Notes under the pieces: model-generated
Databases searched by the model: none
What the model was told of the DNA's origin: nothing
The model's input: the letters and a program-made list of their open reading frames with translations, nothing else
Shown here: positions 43,920-53,362 of the stretch, piece by piece
Position numbering within the stretch: position 1 is the first letter of the stretch
Layout: every line of letters begins with the position of its first letter
Made by a program: the position numbers and the translations under genes
From: Acidimicrobiales bacterium
GTDB lineage: Bacteria; Actinomycetota; Acidimicrobiia; Acidimicrobiales; Aldehydirespiratoraceae
Direction of reading: 5' to 3'
Length of the DNA stretch: 64,000 bases
Assembly: GCA_029263215.1 (NCBI GenBank)
Contig: JAJCXY010000093.1
Span: forward strand, 2,159-66,158

Positions 43920-46900
43920 TCAGCGGCTCTCCGATGCCGGACTTGGTCTGCCGGTCGATAGTTGGCGGGCCGTCAGGCGGGCGTAGAGGCCACCTTCGCG
44001 CAGCAGCGATTCATGGTCACCGATCTGCACGACCCGACCCGCGTCCATGACGACGATCCTGTCGGCGTTGCGAACCGTGGACAGTCGGTGGGCGATGATG
44101 AGGGTGGTGCGGCCCCGCATCAACTCCTCGAGCGAGCGATGCACGGCTGCTTCGTTGAGGGCGTCGAGATGCGAGGTTGCTTCGTCGAGCACGAGGACGG
44201 GTGCGTCCTTCAGAAAGGCACGGGCGATGGCGACCCGCTGACGCTGACCGCCGGAGAGTCGCACCCCGCGCTCGCCGACGGTGGTCTCCAGCCCGTCGGG
44301 AATTGCCGAGACGAAGCCGCCCAGTGATGCCCGGTCGACAGCTTCGCTGAGCTCGTGTTCGGAGGCATCGGGCCGGGCCATCATCACGTTGTTGCGCAAG
44401 CTGTCGTTGAACAGGTATGTCTCTTGGCTGACCATGGCAACGTGTGCTCTGAGGTCGACCAGGTCGAGGTCACGGAGGTCCTCGCCGAACAGGGTGACCC
44501 GACCCGATGTCGGATCCCAGAAGCGCACTAGCAGGTGCGCCGCCGTGGTCTTGCCCGCGCCGGATGGCCCCACGATCGCAATGGTGGTGCCTGGGTGGGC
44601 GTTGAAGCTCACATCGGTGAGAACGGAGCGATCGGTGCCGGGGTAGGTGAACGAAACGTTCTCGAATGTGACCGCGGCGCGCCCCGAGATGGTGTCGACG
44701 GGCACGGGGGCATCGGGCGAGAGCACCGGCACCGGTTCGCGGTGAACGCTGTCGAGTCGGCGGGTTGCGCCGAGCGTGTCGGCGAGTTGCCGTCCGACAT
44801 GGGCGATTTCCGACATCGGCAGGAAGCAGGCGAGGGCAAGGAGGGTGAGCAGGGGCAGCGTCGTTGCCGCGAGGTCGCCGGAGGTGACCAGCGCGGAACC
44901 GGTGAAGACGACGGCCAGGCCGCCCAGCCCGGTTGCAACCTCGAGGAGAGCGGTCTGGCGCGACAGGTCGCGATAGAAGGGCATGCGGGCATCGAGGTGG
45001 GTTCTCACCCTTTGGATGAACGCGTCGGATCTTGACTGGGCCTGCTGGAAGGCGAGTACCTCGGGTAGCCCTTGAAGGGTGTCGACCACGTAGGCGTTGA
45101 GGTCGCCGAGGGCTTCGCGGTCTCTTGATCCGAGGGCGTCGAGGCGCTTTCGGACCAGGACAGGGCTTGCTGCCACGAGGGCGAGGAAGGGCAGCAAGGC
45201 CACTGCCATGGGCCAACCCAGGAGTCCGAGCACGATCAAGACGGTGGTGGGCACCACCACCGCAACGAACGCCGGCGCCACGGTATGGGCGAAGAAGTAT
45301 TCGACCATCTCCACGTCGTGGGTCGCCATGGCAACCAAATCCCCCGTGCGTCGACGTACGAGGTAGGCGGGAGCCAGTGCGTCGAGCTTTTCGTACAAGG
45401 CGATTCGCATCTCGGCGAGCATGCGGAAGGCCATGTCGTGCGCGATCCACGACTCCAGCCAATGCAGGATTCCGGCCAGAGGTGCCGTGACCGCGAGCGC
45501 CACGAGGAGACCGCCGAATGGCTCGCCGCGCCGAACCGCGGCCACAACCAGAGCGCTCAGCACTCCTACGCCGATCAGGGCGGCCACACGGGTCACGCCG
45601 AAAAGGAAGGTCGCGAACAGTTTGACACGCCACGGGCGCACTTCGGCAAAGAGCGATCGGATCGCCCCGCCCCATCCCAGAGACGTGGTTCGCACGATCT
45701 CGGCGTCGCCGGCCTGGCCGTCGCCCGACATCTCGTTGACCAGATCGGACCCGTCGTCGATGCCGTCGAGGTCGTCGAGGAAGGCGTCGGGGATCGACAC
45801 CTCGTCGCGCGCCAACTGCTCGGCCATCAGGCCGTGGTAGCGGCCGCCCAACTTCACCAGCGACTGGTGGTTGCCGGATTCGACAACTTCGCCGGTGTCG
45901 AGGACGAGGATGCGGTCGGCGCCGATCACACTCGATAGTCGGTGGGCGAAGATGAGTGTGGTGCGACCGGCCATGAGACGATCGAGCGCCTCTTGGATCA
46001 CGGCCTCGTTTTCGGCATCGACGCTGGAGAGCGCTTCGTCGAGTACCAGCACGGGTGCGTCTCGCAACAGGGCGCGGGCGATTGCGATTCGCTGTCGTTG
46101 GCCTCCGGACAATCGGATGCCGCGCTCGCCGATGACGGTGTCGTAGCCGTTGGGGAGATTCATCACGAAGGCATGCGCGTTGGCATCCACGGCTGCTTGG
46201 CGCACCGCGTCCAGGTCCGCGTCGGGCGCACCGAAACGGATGTTCTCGAGAACGGTGCCATGGAACAGGAACGTGTCTTGTGAGACGACCGCGATGGAGC
46301 CGTAGTGATCGTCGGCGGAGAGATCCCGCACGTCGTGGCCGCCCAGTGTGATCCGCCCCGCGCCGGGGTCGTGGAATCTGAGGAGCAGTTTCACCATCGT
46401 GCTCTTGCCTGCACCGCTCGGTCCGACGACGCCGACCCGTTCCCCGGGCGCAACACGCACGTCGAGACCGGCGAGGGTTGCTCTCGTTGCCCCCGGGTAG
46501 TGGAAGGTGACGTCCTCGAAGACGACAGTCGGTTCGAGCGGACCCGTCAGACGCGCAGGGCTGGAGGAGCGTTCGACGGCAGGCTCGCCGTCGAGGACGG
46601 CGAAAATGCCGTGGGCTGCGGACTGCCCCATCATCCCGTTGTGCAACAGGGCCCGGAGATCGCGTTGGGGGCGGAACACCTCGATGCCGGCCATCAAGAC
46701 GATGAGCAGGATCTCGATCTCCATGTCGCCAGAGCGGACGCGATACGCGCCTAGAGCGAGTGCGCCGGCCGCTCCGAGGGCAAGACCGGTGTCGGTGATG
46801 CCTCTCGTGAATGAGTTGGTGGCCAAGACCCACATGGTGCTTTTGAACACGTCGTGGGCCCTCTCCGCCAGAGTTGCTCTGCGGGCATCGCTTTGACCGA

Positions 46901-47603
46901 AGGCCTTGAGAGTTCCGAGGCCCTGGAGTGAGTCGAGGAATTCAGCCGCGAAGCTCGAGTAGGCCTGCTGGCGAAGGAGGCTGTTCGCGGCGTCCCAGCG
47001 GTGAAAGGCGGCCGGAGCCACCAGGGTGACGAGAGCGAACACGAGCAGCACGGCTGCGACCGGGAGGTCGAGCGGGGCGAGCAGGCCGAAGATCACGAAC
47101 GGGGTGATTGCCGCTACGAAGAGTTGGGGCAGGTACTCGCCGAACCACACTTCCAACTGTTCGACGCCTTCGACGAGCGAGATCAGCACCTCGCCGGTTC
47201 GGGCGTCGCCGAAGTGGGACGGCCCGAGGCGCATGACGTGGTCGTGCAATTGGGTGCGCAGGGATAGTTGCAAACGTGCCGCGGTGCGGTGCGCCAGCAT
47301 CTTTCGCCAGTGTTCCAAGCCGCCGCGGGCGACCATGGCTGCAGCCACCGCCAGTGTCGGCAGCAACAGGTCGCGTGCAGTCTCACCGCGAAAGACCTTG
47401 GCCAGCAGCCATCCCAGGAGTGCCAATCGGACAATCCCCATGACCGATGCGACAACCCCGATGGCGACCGCTTGGACCAGAGCGCGCCGCTCGGCCTTGG
47501 CCATGGCCCAGAGTCTCGTGTCGATGAACAAGAGACGTTTACTACCAGACGATTCGGGATCATGGTTCATACGGCCCAGTACGACGGTTACTTCTGCCAT
47601 CAC
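43920..47603 (-). CDS. fused ABC exporter (two permease plus ATPase halves in one polypeptide; CydD/CydC-like)
   Basis: There are two Walker A sites (GPSGAGKST, GPSGAGKTT) and two signature motifs (LSGGQRQR, twice). Each ATPase is preceded by a six-helix membrane domain. The CydDC-like assignment is only a resemblance. Confidence 0.85.
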   Translation of the reverse strand: MMAEVTVVLGRMNHDPESSGSKRLLFIDTRLWAMAKAERRALVQAVAIGVVASVMGIVRLALLGWLLAKVFRGETARDLLLPTLAVAAAMVARGGLEHWRKMLAHRTAARLQLSLRTQLHDHVMRLGPSHFGDARTGEVLISLVEGVEQLEVWFGEYLPQLFVAAITPFVIFGLLAPLDLPVAAVLLVFALVTLVAPAAFHRWDAANSLLRQQAYSSFAAEFLDSLQGLGTLKAFGQSDARRATLAERAHDVFKSTMWVLATNSFTRGITDTGLALGAAGALALGAYRVRSGDMEIEILLIVLMAGIEVFRPQRDLRALLHNGMMGQSAAHGIFAVLDGEPAVERSSSPARLTGPLEPTVVFEDVTFHYPGATRATLAGLDVRVAPGERVGVVGPSGAGKSTMVKLLLRFHDPGAGRITLGGHDVRDLSADDHYGSIAVVSQDTFLFHGTVLENIRFGAPDADLDAVRQAAVDANAHAFVMNLPNGYDTVIGERGIRLSGGQRQRIAIARALLRDAPVLVLDEALSSVDAENEAVIQEALDRLMAGRTTLIFAHRLSSVIGADRILVLDTGEVVESGNHQSLVKLGGRYHGLMAEQLARDEVSIPDAFLDDLDGIDDGSDLVNEMSGDGQAGDAEIVRTTSLGWGGAIRSLFAEVRPWRVKLFATFLFGVTRVAALIGVGVLSALVVAAVRRGEPFGGLLVALAVTAPLAGILHWLESWIAHDMAFRMLAEMRIALYEKLDALAPAYLVRRRTGDLVAMATHDVEMVEYFFAHTVAPAFVAVVVPTTVLIVLGLLGWPMAVALLPFLALVAASPVLVRKRLDALGSRDREALGDLNAYVVDTLQGLPEVLAFQQAQSRSDAFIQRVRTHLDARMPFYRDLSRQTALLEVATGLGGLAVVFTGSALVTSGDLAATTLPLLTLLALACFLPMSEIAHVGRQLADTLGATRRLDSVHREPVPVLSPDAPVPVDTISGRAAVTFENVSFTYPGTDRSVLTDVSFNAHPGTTIAIVGPSGAGKTTAAHLLVRFWDPTSGRVTLFGEDLRDLDLVDLRAHVAMVSQETYLFNDSLRNNVMMARPDASEHELSEAVDRASLGGFVSAIPDGLETTVGERGVRLSGGQRQRVAIARAFLKDAPVLVLDEATSHLDALNEAAVHRSLEELMRGRTTLIIAHRLSTVRNADRIVVMDAGRVVQIGDHESLLREGGLYARLTARQLSTGRPSPASESR

Positions 47604-47662
47604 CGCACCGACATCCGGCCCGATCTGTTCAATCGAGAGACAGCGAGCCCCGACACTGCATC

Positions 47663-49039
47663 ATGGCTACTGGCGTTGGGACGCGAACCGGTGAGGATCT
47701 CCTCGCCGCGCGGACCAGTCTCTCGCATGTCCTCAGGCATCTGTTCCGTGCCACCGCGGGGTTGGCGCTAGCCCTCGTGGCCGCCCGCCTGGTCGTCGAC
47801 CTCATCGGCCCTGACGCCACAGCGGGGCGATCACGCTTGTTGTGGGAGGTGCCGATCCAGGTGATCGCCGCCGGCATCGCTCTAACGATCACCTCAGCCA
47901 TTCCTATCGCCACCGATCTGCGGCGGGTTCAGGCAAAGGTGGCGCGAAACGAAAAGGAACTGGCCCGGCGGTCGGTGAGCCAACGGTTCCTGCACGACGT
48001 ACAGCACGCCTTTGAGATGGCGGAGGACGAAGACGAACTCTTCGAGATCGCCGCAGTGGCTCTCGGTCGGGTCGCCCACGATGAGGTCGGCGGCACCGAG
48101 ATCCTCGTCGCAGATTCCAGTGCGGCCCACGTATCGTCTCTGGTGGTGGCCGATGTCGGGTCCGCCCCGGGGTGCGGGGTGGCGACGCCCGGTTCGTGTC
48201 CAGCGGTGCGTCGAGGCCAGACCTTGCGTTTCGAGGATCCCTCCGGTTTGACGGCGTGCCCCCGTCTGCGAGAACGGGACCTACCTGGCGGCATGGGGGC
48301 TACTTGCGTACCCGTGACCGTGCTGGGGACACCGAGTGCTGTGATGCACGCCACCTACTCGTTCATCGAGAATGAGGTGGAGTACGAAAAGAAGGTCGAT
48401 TCGCTGGAAGGGGTCGCGGTGCAACTCGGCACCCGCCTAGGCATGCTGCGGGCGATGTCGCAGTCACAGTTGCAGGCCGACACCGATCCCCTCACCGGGT
48501 TGCTCAACCGCCGGGCCATGGAGAACCAGGTGCGCGAGCTGCGTGCCGGTGGGCAGGACTTCGCGGTGGCGATGCTCGATCTGGATCATTTCAAGCGACT
48601 CAACGACACCTACGGCCACGACACCGGTGACCGTGCCCTTCGCCTGTTCACCAGGGTGCTCACCCAAACCATGCGAGACAACGACATCGTGTGTCGCCAC
48701 GGCGGTGAGGAGTTTGTGGTGGTGCTTCCGGGGGCGACGGTTGCTTCGGCGGCTCCGGTGCTTCACCGGTTGCGGGCCAGCCTTGCCGATGCGGTCGCCG
48801 GGTCCCAAGTGCCATCCTTCACGGTGAGTATCGGCTTGTGTGACTCGTCATGGTCCGACGATCTGCAGCAGGTGTTGAGCTCGGCCGATCAGGCGTTGAT
48901 GGAAGCGAAGTCGCAAGGCCGAGACCGGATTGTCATCGACGACCCCATGTCGCTGCCGAGCACCGACTCGGACATGGACGTACTCGGTGAACTGGACGAC
49001 GTGTTCTTCGCCGCGAGCCGGTTGAGCCAGGAATCCTGA
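47663..49039 (+). CDS. membrane-associated diguanylate cyclase (GGDEF)
   Basis: DPLTGLLNRRAM...LDLDHFKRLNDTYGHDTGD...RHGGEEFVVVLPG is a GGDEF domain. N-terminal TM helices and a sensor-like middle domain precede it. Confidence 0.85.
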   Translation: MATGVGTRTGEDLLAARTSLSHVLRHLFRATAGLALALVAARLVVDLIGPDATAGRSRLLWEVPIQVIAAGIALTITSAIPIATDLRRVQAKVARNEKELARRSVSQRFLHDVQHAFEMAEDEDELFEIAAVALGRVAHDEVGGTEILVADSSAAHVSSLVVADVGSAPGCGVATPGSCPAVRRGQTLRFEDPSGLTACPRLRERDLPGGMGATCVPVTVLGTPSAVMHATYSFIENEVEYEKKVDSLEGVAVQLGTRLGMLRAMSQSQLQADTDPLTGLLNRRAMENQVRELRAGGQDFAVAMLDLDHFKRLNDTYGHDTGDRALRLFTRVLTQTMRDNDIVCRHGGEEFVVVLPGATVASAAPVLHRLRASLADAVAGSQVPSFTVSIGLCDSSWSDDLQQVLSSADQALMEAKSQGRDRIVIDDPMSLPSTDSDMDVLGELDDVFFAASRLSQES

Positions 49040-49054
49040 CTGCTCTTCGCTGCC

Positions 49055-50761
49055 CTATTTCGCTTCGGCCCAGCTCTTGACGACGCTGACATCGGCGATG
49101 AAGCGAACGGTGGGTTCTGGCGACCAGTAGTGGGCGGCTTCGGTGACGGCGTCGGCGACAAGAGCGGCAACGTCGTTTGAGTGCTCGGCTGGTACATGCA
49201 CCAGCAATTCGTCGTGGAGACAGAGCACGATCTGTGCTTTGAAGGGTCGGGATCGGCGCCTGACGGTGATCGCCCAGATCTTGAAGAACTCTGCGGCTGC
49301 GCCTTGGATCAGGGCGTTCCTCGCGTACCGGCCTCGCGAGGCGGCGATCGTGATGGCCCGATCGAGATCACCTTCCACGGATGGATCGGTCCACATGCGG
49401 ATGCGTCTTCCTCCGCTGGTGATCACATTGCGACCGAGCCGTCCTTGCTCGGCGGCGTCGTCGAGAAGTCCCATGGCGATCGGGTAGTTCTTGGTGAGGC
49501 CGGCGAGGGCGTGGGCGGATTCGCCGGTCGTGGCGCCGTACATCGCACCGAGGACCGCGACCTTGGCAATGTCGCGCTCCACCCCGAGCCGCTCGGCGAT
49601 CGGCTGGTAGAGGTCGTCGCCCTGGGTGGCGGCGATCAAGGCCGGATCACCAGACACGGCGGCGAGGACCCGTGGTTCGATCTGACCCAGATCGGCCCGG
49701 ACGAAGACGTGGCCGGCTTCGGCCTGCACGACCGGCCGCATAGCGGTCGGGAGGTTGTGGAGTCCGGCGGAGGCGGTCATTCGTCCGGCAGCACCGTCGG
49801 AGCTCGACCAGTCGCCGCGGAGCCGTCCGTTGTGGACGTGTTCGTCGAGCCAGGGGTAGCCGTAGGTGGTGGCGATTCGCTCTGCCTTGCGCCAGGTGAG
49901 GAGGGCATCGATCAGGGGTTCGGTGGCACGGAGTTGTTCGAGTCGCCATGCTCTGGTGTCGGGGAGGTCGAGGCCTTGGCGGCGCAACATCGACTTCACT
50001 TCGGCCGGGTTGCGGAGCTTGACGTCTTGGCGGGGCGTGAGGTGGGTGAGGACGGCTTCGTCGCGCCGGGCTCTGATTTCGTCCTCGTGCGCTGTCGACT
50101 TTGGTCGAGGCCCGGCTGCTTCTTCGATCAGTCGAAGGGCCTCGTGCTCGCTTATTGGCAGACCGTGGTGGGCCATCTCGGCGCAGAGAAGTTCGGCGGC
50201 GGATTCTGATCGGGCGGTTGCGATGGCGCGGTCCGGATCGGGCAGGAGGGCGAGCTGTTGCTCCTGGAGGTCGGCGGCTCGGTGGGCGAGGCCGGCCCAG
50301 GTTGCGAGTCGTTCAGGGGAGTCGCGGTAGGACCCGTTGATCCATTCGGGGCGGAGGTGGCCGTCGGGCTGGACTGGCTCGGCTCGGTTGCCTTCGTCGG
50401 CCGGCTGGTCGAGCAGGCCGAGTTGTCCCATCTTCGGCATGGTGTCGACGGGGAGGTCGTGGAGCTTGGCCCAAGCCTCGCCGATACTTGCTCGCCAGCC
50501 TCCGTACAGGAATCGGTGGACGGCCAGAACGTCCCAGCCGCGGTCGATCGGCAGGTGTGCTTCGGCGAGCTGGGCCGTGGTTTCTCGGCCCCACCAGACC
50601 CAGCGTGGTGACGACTCGGCGTTGAGTTCGGCCAACACGGCGAGGGGATCGGGTGTGGTGATCGACCAATGGTGGTCGCTGCTTGCGAAGCCGATGCCGG
50701 TGCCTGGATGGATGGCGATTGCGACTGTGTCACCTCGGTCGATGTGATGGTGAGGGGCCAC
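49055..50761 (-). CDS. family A DNA polymerase-like protein (3'-5' exonuclease-like N-domain plus PolA palm/fingers), about 570 aa
   Basis: RADLGQIEPRVLAAVSGDPALI...DLYQPIA...DIAKVAVLGAMYGATTG...QGAAAEFFK...CLHDELLV correspond to PolA motifs A, B and C. Confidence 0.8.
   Translation of the reverse strand: MAPHHHIDRGDTVAIAIHPGTGIGFASSDHHWSITTPDPLAVLAELNAESSPRWVWWGRETTAQLAEAHLPIDRGWDVLAVHRFLYGGWRASIGEAWAKLHDLPVDTMPKMGQLGLLDQPADEGNRAEPVQPDGHLRPEWINGSYRDSPERLATWAGLAHRAADLQEQQLALLPDPDRAIATARSESAAELLCAEMAHHGLPISEHEALRLIEEAAGPRPKSTAHEDEIRARRDEAVLTHLTPRQDVKLRNPAEVKSMLRRQGLDLPDTRAWRLEQLRATEPLIDALLTWRKAERIATTYGYPWLDEHVHNGRLRGDWSSSDGAAGRMTASAGLHNLPTAMRPVVQAEAGHVFVRADLGQIEPRVLAAVSGDPALIAATQGDDLYQPIAERLGVERDIAKVAVLGAMYGATTGESAHALAGLTKNYPIAMGLLDDAAEQGRLGRNVITSGGRRIRMWTDPSVEGDLDRAITIAASRGRYARNALIQGAAAEFFKIWAITVRRRSRPFKAQIVLCLHDELLVHVPAEHSNDVAALVADAVTEAAHYWSPEPTVRFIADVSVVKSWAEAK
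50601..50720. repeat. left copy of an approximately 120-nt diverged direct repeat (5' coding end of the polA-like gene)
   Basis: It aligns without gaps to 53101-53220, an offset of exactly 2500 nt, with 95/120 identical by my hand count. Confidence 0.8.
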
Positions 50762-51167
50762 GGCGTGACCGTAGCAAGCCTCGTCGGTTGGCCCACAGGG
50801 CGGATCACCCGGAGCGGCCTACTGTTCCTTGCGAGAGTTGCTCCTGTTCTGCACTCGACGGCTCCAAAGTGAAACTTGGCGCACGCGGCGTCGATGTCGT
50901 ACTCGATCTCGTGGCCGGACCGAAGTGGCCATCTCTTCGAGCTGCTGCGATCCGGCGGCTGCACCGTCCCGGACCCCGACGCCTTCGGGAATCTTGTGAA
51001 GCGCATCTAGGACGGGGAAGTCGAGCCAGTTGGCGTTTCAGACCAACGGTCATGCTGTCGGCTGCCTTGAGAGGTGGCTCCGTGCCGTGAACGGAGCGCA
51101 AAGCCCCCGCAGGAAGGGTGTGAGTGAGACCGCCTGCCAGTTCTTGGTTCAGCGACGATGGGTTTCG

Positions 51168-52463
51168 TCAGCTCGCGGGCGCACCGGCGGCTCGCCATTG
51201 GAAGGCGGCCATTTGGGCTCGGGTGACGGTGTTGTTGGGGGAGTAGGTGGTGCTTGATGTGCCTGTGGTGATTCCGGATTCGAGCATCCATGCGACGGCG
51301 TCGGAGTAGTACGAGTCGGCCGGTACGTCTACGAACGGGGTCCCCGAACCAGCCGGGCTCGTCGGCGCCGGGATGACCTGCTCACCCCGATACTGATCGC
51401 AGTTGGCCCCGCCGGCGAGGATGCACTGGATCTCGGAGTCGTAGTGGGGATCATCGACCAGAGGTGGGATGGCGCCGCTGTCGGGCATGGCCACCGGCTC
51501 ACCCCGCACGAACTCGGGGTCGCCGCCGGAGGGTCCCGCGGGCGCCAGGGTGAACCAACCGGCCGGAAGCTGTGGGGCTGTTGCGGTTCGGTGGGCTTCG
51601 ACCACGACGGCATCGATCCACTGCCGGTTGGTGCCGGTCACCCTGGCCGCGATCAATTGCCTGGGGTTGTCTGCGTCGATGTCATCGACGCTGCAGCTCG
51701 TCACACTATTCATCACACCGACGAGGCGGTACCCGCCTGCTTCGGCATCGAACCAGGCGACCGGTCCTCCCGAGTCGCCGTAGCAGGCCATGGCGGTCCA
51801 TTCGTCGAAGCAGAACTGGGTGGTCTGTGAGGTGCTGCTGGGGCACGAATCGGCGCGGACCATCCGGCCGTCGCGAAGCTGATCATCTGATGGCGCCTCG
51901 GCGTTCTCGAGGCCCCAACCGGCAATCCACACGATGTCGGAGACGTCTGGATTTCGTTCGGCTAGCGGATCGGCTGGCGCGATGACGCCCCGATCGAGCA
52001 TGACGACTGCTAGGTCTACGCCCCGCTGCGAGATCGGGTTCGTCGGCCTCCAGGTCGGGTGGAGAGCGACCCCTCGACCCGACCGGACCTGACCGTCCGG
52101 TTGCGGTGTGCCGAAGTTGCCGATGTTCTGAGTGACGGGACTGGTTTGGATCGTGACGGAGTCGAGCTCGATATTCTCGAGGACCTTGTCGTTGTCGGTG
52201 TCGATCCAGTCATCGACACAGTGCGCCGCAGTCAACACGACGTGCGCGTCGATGATCGACCCGGTGCACCTGGAGCTGACGTTCCCATAGGTCATCGACA
52301 GTTCGACGATCGACGGCCACGCGGTCTCCTGGGTGTTGCGGGTTACCACGGTGCCGCTGTTGGCGGCAGCAGTCGCCGGCAGCAAGCCAACGACCGAGGC
52401 GACGGAGAGGACGACTGCCAGGAGCCGGGAACCGAAGGAGCTGGGTACGAGGTTGATGTTCAT
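51168..52463 (-). CDS. secreted trypsin-like (S1) serine protease with a C-terminal SLH domain
   Basis: The likely start is MNINLVPSSFGSRLLAVVLSVASVVGLLPATAAA at 52463. The catalytic segments are LTAAHCV and GDSGGPV. The SLH-like C-terminus is FVDVPADSYYSDAVAWMLESGITTG...VTRAQMAAF. Confidence 0.8.
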   Translation of the reverse strand: MNINLVPSSFGSRLLAVVLSVASVVGLLPATAAANSGTVVTRNTQETAWPSIVELSMTYGNVSSRCTGSIIDAHVVLTAAHCVDDWIDTDNDKVLENIELDSVTIQTSPVTQNIGNFGTPQPDGQVRSGRGVALHPTWRPTNPISQRGVDLAVVMLDRGVIAPADPLAERNPDVSDIVWIAGWGLENAEAPSDDQLRDGRMVRADSCPSSTSQTTQFCFDEWTAMACYGDSGGPVAWFDAEAGGYRLVGVMNSVTSCSVDDIDADNPRQLIAARVTGTNRQWIDAVVVEAHRTATAPQLPAGWFTLAPAGPSGGDPEFVRGEPVAMPDSGAIPPLVDDPHYDSEIQCILAGGANCDQYRGEQVIPAPTSPAGSGTPFVDVPADSYYSDAVAWMLESGITTGTSSTTYSPNNTVTRAQMAAFQWRAAGAPAS

Positions 52464-53042
52464 GTTGCAACCGAACCACCTCGGCAACGCTGGTCCCATC
52501 GGGTGAACGTCGACGTTGCGTCGACCAACGTCGAATTCGGCAGTCCGCGGTGTCGAGCGGGCTCTGACCGAGACGATGAGGTCCGCTTGAGCGAGCCCAT
52601 GATCGAACGTCGCTGATTGGGCCTGATGAGACGGCCGCTGAGAGCGGGTCCTTCGCTGAAACACGCCGAGGGTGGTACTTGGAGTGCTCCCCGACCTGCA
52701 GGTGTGGAAGTGGTCCGTGAGGGTCCCGGGTCCCGGCCGAACGGTGGCCTTTCCCTGCGCAGAACCGCGACGGTTCAGGAGGTTGTTTGGACCCAGGTCT
52801 CTCTCTGTCGGCCCCGAGAGGGACAGGCGTCAGGTGGAGGCGACTGCATCGGCAGGGAGTCTGTGCCAATGCGTCAAGCGGGAAGTTGTCCGTGCTGTCC
52901 GTGCTCACGGTCTCGGCCAGCGAGCCCGGGCCTGCGGCCGCACCTCTCGCCGAAGACAGCTAGCCACCACAACCGGATGTGTCGACCGGGCCATCCGAAA
53001 CGGTGGCGCTGGGAACCGGCGACGTAGAGATCCAGTTCACTC

Positions 53043-53270
53043 TCACCCGCGACCCGAGCAGGTACACCGAACTGGTGATGACCCGCGAGCCCACGGGGCC
53101 CATCGTGGTGAGGACTCGGTGTTGAGCTCAGCCAGCACGGCGAGGGGGTCGGTGGTCGTGATGGACCAGTGGTGCTTGCTGGTTGCGAGCCCGATGCCCG
53201 TGTCGGGGTGGACGGCGTGGCCTTGTAGTGGTGACTGGAGCTGGGCAATGAGATCGTGGGTGTCGGGCAT
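53043..53270 (-). pseudogene. fragment homologous to codons about 14-55 of the polA-like gene
   Basis: The minus strand reads MPDTHDLIAQLQSPLQGHAVHPDTGIGLATSKHHWSITTTDPLAVLAELNTESSPRW, then unrelated sequence and a stop. Compare IAIHPGTGIGFASSDHHWSITTPDPLAVLAELNAESSPRW in 49055..50761. Confidence 0.55.
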
Positions 53271-53362
53271 GGCCCGACCGACCTCGTTGAGGCCTTTGAT
53301 AACTCGGGAGAATGGAGGTGTTGGACACGCCGTTCGGCACCTTCGAGTCCGACTAGTCGGTC

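Noticed and set aside
44470-46833. 787-aa ORF on the minus strand inside the fused ABC exporter gene
   Set aside because: It is an out-of-frame shadow. It has extreme Arg/Pro/Gly content and no motifs, and it overlaps a frame with unmistakable ABC motifs.
50762-51167. Apparently gene-free gaps flanking the protease gene (50762-51167 and 52464-53042), and the small ORFs at 62590-62905
   Set aside because: Only short or shadow-like ORFs without motifs, RBS or paralogs occur there. They may be decayed coding DNA of the inserted segment, but I cannot support any specific feature.
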